From an uncultured bacterium (GTDB lineage: Bacteria; Patescibacteriota; Minisyncoccia; UBA6257; GWB1-50-10): a DNA stretch of 64,000 nt. The position numbers and the translations under genes are program-made. Under the pieces are notes generated by a model. It was not told the DNA's origin and ran no database searches. It was given only the letters and a program-made list of their open reading frames with translations. Shown one piece after another: positions 57,212 to 64,000 of the stretch (positions within the stretch are counted from its first letter, which is position 1; every line of letters starts with the position of its first letter). Where the stretch lies: the NCBI GenBank assembly GCA_963713955.1, contig OY970216.1:72075-136074 (forward strand), written 5' to 3'.

Positions 57212-57240
57212 TGTGATCTTATTATAGCATATTTCTCTTT

Positions 57241-59271
57241 TCAATTCGCCTGCTTCAGGGACAATCCTATCTTGCCATCCTCCACTTTTATGATTTTTGC
57301 CTTGACTTTATCGCCGATTTTCACCACATCCTCTACCTTCTTGACATAGCCATTCTTGAGTTCCGAGACGTGGATCATGCCGTCTTGACCTCCGCCGAGG
57401 TCGACGATGGCGCCGAAGTCGAGGATTCTTACGACCGTACCTTCCACTATTTCTCCCACGGCGTATTCTTTCACAACCCCCTTCACGAGTTCGACGGCTC
57501 GCTTCACGAGCTCGTCTTCGTACCCCGCGACATAGACCTTCCCGTCCTCTTCTATGTCTATGGTTATCTTGTTATCCATGGAGTTCAAGATTCCGTTTAT
57601 CACTTTCCCGCCCGGCCCGATGAGCTCTCCTATTTTCTCCGGGGGTATTTGCACGATCGTTATTTTTGGCGCGTAGGGCGAGAGTTCTTTCCGGGGAGCG
57701 TTCATCGTCTTGTCCATGAAATCCAATATCTGAAACCGGGCTTTCTCGGCCGCCTCGAGGGCTTCCCTGAATATTTTCTGGGTGATGCCGCCGATTTTCA
57801 CGTCCATTTGTATGGCGTTCACGCCGTCTCTCGTGCCGGAAACCTTGAAATCCATGTCGCCGTAATGATCTTCGGGCCCCTGGATGTCGGTCAAGAGTTG
57901 GTATTCGTTCTCCCGCTCGCCGCTCAAGAGTCCTATCGATATCCCCGCCACTTGTTTTTTTAGGGGAACGCCGGCGTCCATGAGAGAAAGAGACGCGGCG
58001 CACGTGGAGGCCATTGAAGAAGATCCGTTTGAAGAAAGAGTTTCGGCGACTATCCGTATCGTATACGGGAACTCTTCGATCGACGGCAAGACGGCGCTGA
58101 TCCCCTTGCTGGCTAAGTTCCCGTGGCCGATTTCGCGTCTCCCGGGCCCTCTTGATCGGTACGTTTCTCCGACCGAAAATCCCGGGAAGTTGTAGTGGAG
58201 TATGAACCTCTTTTTGCCGGTCGTCTCCATGGTTTCCACTATTTGTTCCGCTCCGGGGGTGGCGAGGGTCGTGATGGCCAAGACTTGCGTCTCGCCCCGA
58301 ATGAAGAGCGCCGAACCGTGCGTGCGCCGGAAAAGCCCCACCTCCGCGTACAAGTCCCGTACCTCGTCGAATTTCCTGCCGTCGGCCCTCTTGCCGTGCT
58401 TTAACGCCAGATCGTGGACGAAAGTGTCCACCGTTTCCTCGAAAACGATCTCGGCGGCTTTGAGTGATTCTTCGGTTTCTCCCGATTCTTTCAGATGTTC
58501 GAAAAGTTTTGACTTTAATTCTTCCGTTTTTTTCTCCTTGAGCGTCGCCTCGAGGTCGTTTTTGACGAATGCGTCTATCTTGTTTTTGAGATTTGGGTCG
58601 CCGGTCTGGAGGGTCACGTCCGCTTTCGGTTTCCCGATCTCCTTTATTATCCCCTTTTGGAATTCTACGAGTTTTTTTATGTTTTCGTGCACTCTCGAGA
58701 ATGTTTCCTCGGCTTCCCCGATTTTCGCTTCGTGCCCCTCGAATTCTATCATGTTCACGAATGCTTCGGTTCCGGCGAAGAATCCTTTTGTGCTTTCGTC
58801 TTTTTCTACCTTGAGCCCCGCCACCGGGCCGTTCCATGGGATGTCAGAGATCGAGAGAGCCGTTGACGTCGAGAGAAGCGCGATTTCATCCGGGTCGTTT
58901 TTCTCGTCGTATGCGAGAACCGTCACGACGACCTGCACCTCCCGTCGCAAGCGTGGATCGAAAAGCGGCCGGATTGTCCGGTCGATGAGGCGCGACGAAA
59001 GGATTGCTTCGTCAGACGGTCTCCCTTCTCTTCTGATGAACCGGCTGCCGATGATCTTGCCGGCCGCGTAGAATCGCTCTTCGTAGTCAACAGTCAGAGG
59101 AAAAAAATCGCCGGGCTTGTCGGCGTCGCTCATAACGACCGTCGCGAGGACGGCCGTGTCTCCCGATCTGCCGATGACCGCGGCGTTTGCCTGGCCGGCG
59201 ATCTTCGAAATTTCGAGAGAAAAATCTTTCCCGTCGATGTTCGTCTGGTACGTCTTTTTGTCTAAGTTCAT
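57241..59271 (-). CDS. pnp: Polyribonucleotide nucleotidyltransferase
   Basis: DFFPLTVDYEER, RLIDRTIRP, RREIGHG, SNGSSSMAS, GDMDFKV, and KH and S1 domains. Confidence 0.97.
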   Translation of the reverse strand: MNLDKKTYQTNIDGKDFSLEISKIAGQANAAVIGRSGDTAVLATVVMSDADKPGDFFPLTVDYEERFYAAGKIIGSRFIRREGRPSDEAILSSRLIDRTIRPLFDPRLRREVQVVVTVLAYDEKNDPDEIALLSTSTALSISDIPWNGPVAGLKVEKDESTKGFFAGTEAFVNMIEFEGHEAKIGEAEETFSRVHENIKKLVEFQKGIIKEIGKPKADVTLQTGDPNLKNKIDAFVKNDLEATLKEKKTEELKSKLFEHLKESGETEESLKAAEIVFEETVDTFVHDLALKHGKRADGRKFDEVRDLYAEVGLFRRTHGSALFIRGETQVLAITTLATPGAEQIVETMETTGKKRFILHYNFPGFSVGETYRSRGPGRREIGHGNLASKGISAVLPSIEEFPYTIRIVAETLSSNGSSSMASTCAASLSLMDAGVPLKKQVAGISIGLLSGERENEYQLLTDIQGPEDHYGDMDFKVSGTRDGVNAIQMDVKIGGITQKIFREALEAAEKARFQILDFMDKTMNAPRKELSPYAPKITIVQIPPEKIGELIGPGGKVINGILNSMDNKITIDIEEDGKVYVAGYEDELVKRAVELVKGVVKEYAVGEIVEGTVVRILDFGAIVDLGGGQDGMIHVSELKNGYVKKVEDVVKIGDKVKAKIIKVEDGKIGLSLKQAN

Positions 59272-59273
59272 TA

Positions 59274-59840
59274 TTAACTTATTCTTCTCTTTGGTTTTCG
59301 ACTCATTCTTTCTTCTCCTCCTTCTCCTCGCTCGCCGATTCGGAGGAGAACCCGCGGGATGCGCTCGATGTCCGTGAAACCATCGGCTGCATCTTTGAGC
59401 CTCGCCGAAGCGGTATGCCCGAACGCCGCTACCTCAACGTCTTTCCCGAAGCCCCACTTGAGATACTGGACCAGGGGTACGAAGTCGCCGTCGCCGGTCA
59501 CGAGGATCACGGCGTCCAAGGCGGCTGCACTCCGGACGGCATCGATCGCGATGCCGACATCCCAATCGCCTTTCTTGGTTCCATCAGGGTAAACCTGGAG
59601 ATCTTTCGAACGGAGCTCGAGACCGGTCTTTCGGAGCGCTTCGAAGAACGACTCCTCTCCGGTCGCGGGGTCGCTTTTCACGACGTAGGCGTAGGCGCGG
59701 ACAAGCTGCCGCCGCCCGACGAGATATTTCAAAAGTTCGTTGAAGTTGACCCGTGCGTGGTACAGGTTTTTTGCCGAGTGGTAGATGTTTTGGACATCGA
59801 TGAAAATTCCCACCCGCTGATTCGAATTTGTGCTCGCCAT
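59274..59840 (-). CDS. NYN (LabA/DUF88, PIN-like) domain protein
   Basis: FIDVQN, KGDWDVGIAID, TGDGDF and LKDAADGF. Confidence 0.9.
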   Translation of the reverse strand: MASTNSNQRVGIFIDVQNIYHSAKNLYHARVNFNELLKYLVGRRQLVRAYAYVVKSDPATGEESFFEALRKTGLELRSKDLQVYPDGTKKGDWDVGIAIDAVRSAAALDAVILVTGDGDFVPLVQYLKWGFGKDVEVAAFGHTASARLKDAADGFTDIERIPRVLLRIGERGEGGEERMSRKPKRRIS

Positions 59841-59846
59841 TTAATG

Positions 59847-60113
59847 TTACGCTTCAATCTCGAGTTTTTTGGCAATTTTCGAGTAGCTCTTCTCGTCGTT
59901 CTCCCTGAGATATTGCATGAGCTTCCTCCTCTTTCCAACCATCATGAGGAGCCCCCTGCGGGAGGTGAAATCCTTTGGATTTTTCTTCAAATGATCCGCC
60001 AAGAGCTTGATCCGTCTCGATAAGAGTGAGATTTGTACCTCGCTCGATCCGGTGTCCTTTTCGTGCCTTGCGGAATCCTTCATCACGTTCTGTTTTTGTC
60101 GTTTCGTAAGCAT
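59847..60113 (-). CDS. rpsO: 30S ribosomal protein S15
   Basis: DTGSSEVQI, HLKKNPKD and SRRGLLMMVGKRRKLM. Start at MLTKRQK. Confidence 0.97.
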   Translation of the reverse strand: MLTKRQKQNVMKDSARHEKDTGSSEVQISLLSRRIKLLADHLKKNPKDFTSRRGLLMMVGKRRKLMQYLRENDEKSYSKIAKKLEIEA

Positions 60114-60171
60114 TTGAGTTAGTTTACCGTAAAAATGGGAGTTTGTCAAAATCCGGTGTAGAATTGAACTG

Positions 60172-61056
60172 ATGACTGAGATTGAAAAGTATTTGAAGGA
60201 ATATCTGGATTATCTGGAGATTGAAAAGAACCGGTCGCGGAAGACGCGGGAGAACTACGAACGGTATCTGAAACTTTTCGTGAAACAGACGGGCGTCAAG
60301 TCCCCTCTCGGCATAAACGAAGATGTCGTGAGGGATTTTCGGTTAGAGCTTAACCGGCGCGGTATCAAGAAAATAACCCAGGGGTACTATGTGATCGCGC
60401 TCAGGAATTTTTTGAAGTATTTGGTAAGGAGGAAATTAAAGGTGCTTTCGCCGGACATGATAGAACTCCCGAAAGTAACCCGGGCTGACATCGAGGTTTT
60501 GAGCTATGAAGAGCTCGAGCGGCTCCTCGCGGCCCCGAAGGGAGACAGTCTGCGCGTCTTGAGGGACAAAGCGATCCTCGAGACGTTTTTCTCGACCGGT
60601 CTCCGGCTTTCAGAACTCTGCAATCTCACTCGGTTCGTCGATCTGAAGCGCGGCGAGATATCGGTTCGCGGCAAGGGAGACAAAATACGGGTCGTCTTTC
60701 TATCGGATGACGCCAAAGACGCGATAAACGGGTATCTGAAAAAAAGGCAGGACGCCCTGGAGCCGCTTTTCGTGAGCTTGGACAAGAAAGAGAAAACCAT
60801 CGGGAAAATCACGCCGCGGAGCGTAGAAAGACTGGTCTCTTTTTATGCGCGGAAAGCGGGCATCCCGAAAAAAGTCCATCCCCATCTCTTGCGTCATTCT
60901 TTTGCCACAGACCTTTTGATAAACGGTGCGGACCTGCGTTCCGTCCAGGCAATGCTCGGTCACGCGAACATCTCGACGACCCAAATCTATACCCACCTCA
61001 CGAACAGGGAACTCAAGGAAGTCCACGAAGCGTTCCACGGAAAGAGGAGAAAATGA
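60172..61056 (+). CDS. XerC/XerD-like tyrosine recombinase
   Basis: STGLRLSEL, GKGDKIR, HLLRHSFAT and LGHANISTTQIYTH. Confidence 0.92.
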   Translation: MTEIEKYLKEYLDYLEIEKNRSRKTRENYERYLKLFVKQTGVKSPLGINEDVVRDFRLELNRRGIKKITQGYYVIALRNFLKYLVRRKLKVLSPDMIELPKVTRADIEVLSYEELERLLAAPKGDSLRVLRDKAILETFFSTGLRLSELCNLTRFVDLKRGEISVRGKGDKIRVVFLSDDAKDAINGYLKKRQDALEPLFVSLDKKEKTIGKITPRSVERLVSFYARKAGIPKKVHPHLLRHSFATDLLINGADLRSVQAMLGHANISTTQIYTHLTNRELKEVHEAFHGKRRK

Positions 61057-61065
61057 ACGGCAGTC

Positions 61066-61134
61066 TTGGTAAGCCGAAAAAGTGTGCGCTCCGGGGCGCT
61101 AGCCCAAGTCTTACCCACTTTTTCGTCTTACCAA
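61066..61134. repeat. Dispersed palindromic element, copy 3
   Basis: TTGGTAAGCCGAAAAAGTG-core identical to copy 1-CACTTTTTCGTCTTACCAA. Confidence 0.9.
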
Positions 61135-62183
61135 CCCCGCCTTCTGAAGAGTAGGTTAACAAGGAACACCGCGACGATTCCCATTATGATGCCTGCCGGT
61201 GCGTCGACGAAGTAGTGCTGGGCGAGATAGAACGTACCGAATGTCGAGAGGATAAGGAAAGGAGCGAAAAATGCCGCCACAACCGGCACGGCCTCAACGA
61301 GATAAATGAAGGCAATCGCCGCCCATGCTGCGTGAGCGCTGGGGAAGGTCGTCGTCGGTGCGACATCCAGGTCCTTTTTTATATCTCTCACTTTCGAAAA
61401 AAAGTTTTTCATTTCTGGGATGGGGGGAAAGCTTTTTAGAGCCGAAGAAACATTTGGCGGATCGGGAAGGTTGTAGACGTTGTCGATGAATCGGTCTTGG
61501 GGACTCATGGCAGGCACGAGGAGCCATAGAGGAATCATGATGAGAATGCTTAAAATGAAGGCTAGGGCGTATTGGGAGAAAACCTTCTTACTTTTGAAGA
61601 AGATGATGATGGCCGATATGAGGAGGATCGATGTGAGATTCAGAAACGAGAACTCGACCGTTTTTACGAACCAGATCGGCGGATTCGCCATCGCGAAGTG
61701 AATGAAAGGGTATGCGCCCGTAAGCCAGAAATCCGCCGCGAGAAGCTTCAAGTCGATAAGTCGGTTCTTATTGAATACGTCGATGAATTCTATGAGATAC
61801 GATATGAGAAAGAAATTGAGGACGATTGGAATCGTGATCCTCACACCTAGGGCAAGTTCCCTCAGGGACTTTTTTATTTCATCCTCGAAATGCTTGAGAG
61901 GCATTTTTTCTTCGAGCTCTCTCCTATTAAACCTAACCATGAGAAGATTCACGATGAGGTACACGCCGAGAGCCGCGTAGGCTATCCAGAGAATCTCGCT
62001 CCCCCAATATCTCAGCTCCCCGAAAACGAACCCCGTGTAGAACACGAAAAAGTTTTCTTTCGGTGGAGGAAGCACGTTCGAGAAATTGAGATAAAGAACA
62101 ATCGGCGCGAGAATGAGCGCTAGAAGATAGAAAATCTTTTCTGTCTTTCTCAAAATTCTTATGTCTTCAAGTTTCTGGTTCAT
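61128..62183 (-). CDS. PAP2 superfamily membrane protein (AUR1/IPC-synthase-like)
   Basis: Multi-TM; LVPAMSP, TFPSAHAAW and YLAQHYFVD. Confidence 0.82.
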   Translation of the reverse strand: MNQKLEDIRILRKTEKIFYLLALILAPIVLYLNFSNVLPPPKENFFVFYTGFVFGELRYWGSEILWIAYAALGVYLIVNLLMVRFNRRELEEKMPLKHFEDEIKKSLRELALGVRITIPIVLNFFLISYLIEFIDVFNKNRLIDLKLLAADFWLTGAYPFIHFAMANPPIWFVKTVEFSFLNLTSILLISAIIIFFKSKKVFSQYALAFILSILIMIPLWLLVPAMSPQDRFIDNVYNLPDPPNVSSALKSFPPIPEMKNFFSKVRDIKKDLDVAPTTTFPSAHAAWAAIAFIYLVEAVPVVAAFFAPFLILSTFGTFYLAQHYFVDAPAGIIMGIVAVFLVNLLFRRRGW

Positions 62184-62211
62184 GGCTTATCCGCGAATTG
62201 CGACAGCCGAT

Positions 62212-62284
62212 GCTCGGCAAGCCGAAAAAGTGTGCGCTAGGGCCGCGCTTGCCAAGCCTTACCCACTTTTTCGTCTCACCGAGC
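62212..62284. repeat. Dispersed palindromic element, copy 4 (diverged)
   Basis: GCTCGGCAAGCCGAAAAAGTG TGCGCTAGGGCCGCGCTTGCCAAGCCTTACC CACTTTTTCGTCTCACCGAGC. Confidence 0.85.
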
Positions 62285-62720
62285 CTCGTCTTGATATGCT
62301 TTTTCGTCTGGTGAAAAGTTTTAATAGTATGCTCGTATGATATTTTTCCGGTTCATGAGGCTTAAGTTTTATTATTTCCGGCACCGGATCGAATTCGTTA
62401 AGGTGCAACCTCAAATCCGCTTCCAACGCTCCCTGATCGTACCCGATCGCGATTGTGTCCGGGCGTTCGTTTTTTGCCGACTGCCAGGTTCCGAGCTTGG
62501 TGTCTCCGGGAGCGACTCGGTCCACGGCACCGGATGACAGGAGCGCTCGAGAACGCTCTGCGAAATCGGCATGGGGCTTATGCCCCTTCAGTTTCTCAAC
62601 AACTGCGTCCTGTGCCAAGACAGCGACGAGCTCGTCGCCGAATCTCCTCGCTTGTTCCAGGAACTTGCGATGACCTTCGTGCAATTCATCAAACACCCCG
62701 AAAACCAAAACTTTTTTCAT
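62259..62720 (-). CDS. Cytidylyltransferase family protein (RibL/FAD synthase-like)
   Basis: MKKVLVFGVFDELHEGH (HxGH), PDTIAIGYDQ and YHTS. Confidence 0.85.
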   Translation of the reverse strand: MKKVLVFGVFDELHEGHRKFLEQARRFGDELVAVLAQDAVVEKLKGHKPHADFAERSRALLSSGAVDRVAPGDTKLGTWQSAKNERPDTIAIGYDQGALEADLRLHLNEFDPVPEIIKLKPHEPEKYHTSILLKLFTRRKSISRRGSVRRKSG

Positions 62721-62728
62721 GATTTTAG

Positions 62729-62811
62729 TGCCCCCGAGAGGATTCGGACCTCTAACCCTTTCGGGACAGCGTCCTAAGCGCTGCGCGTGTGCCAAATTTC
62801 GCCACGGGGGC
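62729..62811 (-). tRNA. tRNA-Leu(TAG), no encoded CCA
   Basis: GCCCCCGTGGCGAAATTTGGCACACGCG-CAGCG CT TAG GA CGCTG-TCCCGAAAGGG-TTAGAGGTCCGAATCCTCTCGGGGGCA, with a long variable arm. Confidence 0.95.
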
Positions 62812-62849
62812 AATGCCCGTAACCCTTATATTATCAGACTATTTTAGAT

Positions 62850-62878
62850 TTGACAAATAGCAAAAAATGTTGTAGTAT
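62850..62878 (+). promoter_or_regulatory. Sigma70-type promoter
   Basis: TTGACA-17-TAGTAT, then a leader of about 100 nt and AAGGAG. Confidence 0.65.
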
Positions 62879-62986
62879 TTAAGCAGATCTAAATCAAGAA
62901 ACTCCCGGTTCTGGGAGCTTAAATCGGGCAAAAGAGTTTACTGAAACGAAACATAAAAAGTTTAAAAGAAAAGGAGAAGTAGAAAA

Positions 62987-63553
62987 ATGGCTAGACAAGG
63001 AAATCAGGGAAATGCCTTACTTTCCCTCTTGCTCGAGTTCACCGAGCCGCGGCTCGTGAGCGGATTGTACGTGCAAACAATGCATGTTCGTCCTGCCCCC
63101 GATAGTGCCTCGCTGGTTGGCAAACTTGTCGACTTTCGCTTGGACAAATCCCCTTACGGATCGTCTAAACGATTAAGTCCCGATGCAGCAGTTGATTTTG
63201 TCGCATTAAAACCTGGACAGAAGTACCAGTTCGAAGCAATGGTCGGTGTAGAAGCTATTGCTTCTGAATCCCGGATGATGCCGGAAATGTCTCAAAAAAC
63301 CTCCGGAGCATCCATTCTCAACTATTCGGTATCACGAGACCACAATAACTTTCTGTTGGCCATGAATGTGGTTAACGCAGAGAGCAAAGATGAAGTGGTC
63401 GTGGTTGATGGAGTTGAGGAGAAACACATTGAGATTAAAGATGGTTATGTATCTTACCCTTTCTCTTTAGGGAAGGGTGAAAGACGAGAAATAACCTTCG
63501 GCTTTAGAGGACGCGGAGAAATGAAGAAAATTAAATTGAGAGGAAAGAGGTAA
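62987..63553 (+). CDS. Hypothetical protein
   Basis: 188-aa ORF with SD and promoter; no motif recognised. Confidence 0.7.
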   Translation: MARQGNQGNALLSLLLEFTEPRLVSGLYVQTMHVRPAPDSASLVGKLVDFRLDKSPYGSSKRLSPDAAVDFVALKPGQKYQFEAMVGVEAIASESRMMPEMSQKTSGASILNYSVSRDHNNFLLAMNVVNAESKDEVVVVDGVEEKHIEIKDGYVSYPFSLGKGERREITFGFRGRGEMKKIKLRGKR

Positions 63554-63556
63554 GTC

Positions 63557-64000
63557 ATGAAATGGATCGAAAATTCAATTGGAGCTCCTCTTCATTGGTT
63601 AAGTTCAATGGATTGGGGATCGTTTTTCTTCTCGTTGTTACGAGTGTCAGTAGTAATAATCGTAGTAGGCGGAGTCATTGTTCTCTTTCTACGATTTGTT
63701 GTGCCCATCCTTGTTTCTATCGCGGATTGGGCTCTCGGAATAATAAGGCGAAGTCCGGTTGTAACATTGATCGGAGTATCATCGGCCGTTGCGGTTGTCA
63801 TTCTCCCTGCCTATGTCCTACCAATTCTCGTCGCCATCTCAATATTTCTTCTTGTCGGGGCACTGCTCGTGATTTTCAACCAGCCAGGTGAGGATCAAGA
63901 AAGAAGATGGGACAGGATATTCTACGTGGCGCTTCTTGCCACAGCCATGATTATGGTTGTGGTCACGGCGATCGTGGAACATCCGCTCATTGACATTCTC
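63557..64000 (+). CDS. Hypothetical polytopic membrane protein, runs off the right edge
   Basis: Not in the ORF track. Manual translation MKWIENSIGAPLHWLSSMDWGSFFFSLLRVSVVIIVVGG... is open to the window end and has several TM helices. Confidence 0.75.
   Translation, partial: MKWIENSIGAPLHWLSSMDWGSFFFSLLRVSVVIIVVGGVIVLFLRFVVPILVSIADWALGIIRRSPVVTLIGVSSAVAVVILPAYVLPILVAISIFLLVGALLVIFNQPGEDQERRWDRIFYVALLATAMIMVVVTAIVEHPLIDIL

Noticed and set aside
60172-62284. Integron (tyrosine recombinase plus palindromes after genes)
   Set aside because: The repeats lack attC RYYYAAC/GTTRRRY ends, occur far from the recombinase, and the protein looks like a plain Xer without the IntI insertion.
62721-62813. 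N-terminal extension of the cytidylyltransferase ORF (MPPWRNLAH...)
   Set aside because: It is a translation of tRNA-Leu; the real start is MKKVLVFG at 62720.
1-64000. CRISPR array or cas genes
   Set aside because: No regularly spaced direct repeats with unique spacers and no Cas motifs were seen.
1-64000. Alternative genetic code (TGA = Gly, as in some CPR)
   Set aside because: TGA terminates clear genes (infC, rpmI, ruvB, yidC, xer) and conserved proteins are full length under code 11.

Overview
This is a chromosomal segment of a Patescibacteria (CPR, Parcubacteria-like) bacterium using genetic code 11, inferred from gene content and order, very compact spacing and short YidC/RnpA. It spans the probable replication origin (dnaN-oriC-dnaA-rpmH-rnpA-yidC-jag). 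Most of it is housekeeping: ileS, argS, smpB and tmRNA, infC-rpmI-rplT, murB, murE, ruvA, ruvB, ruvC, holA, polA, PBP1A, rsmA, comM, rpsO-NYN-pnp, a Xer-type recombinase, tRNA-Arg and tRNA-Leu. It also carries a membrane-anchored Clp ATPase, a LamG pilin, a PilB/GspE ATPase and a roughly 12 kb PrgI/VirB4/VirB6-like secretion cluster. Five items stand out. (1) An AT-richer three-gene operon at the tRNA-Arg 3' end, bracketed by serine-recombinase remnants, encodes two winged-helix proteins and a HEPN-like (RxxxH) protein; it is a candidate undescribed defence or toxin system. (2) An unannotated promoter-to-terminator ncRNA has a 6S-RNA-like fold. (3) A palindromic element occurs in four copies with compensatory changes. 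(4) A structured element downstream of tmRNA mirrors the tmRNA T-arm. (5) The rpsT leader has two mutually exclusive folds, one of which hides the start codon. Core genes are also widely leaderless, while orphan genes have SD-led structured leaders. All calls come from reading the sequence; no searches were run.
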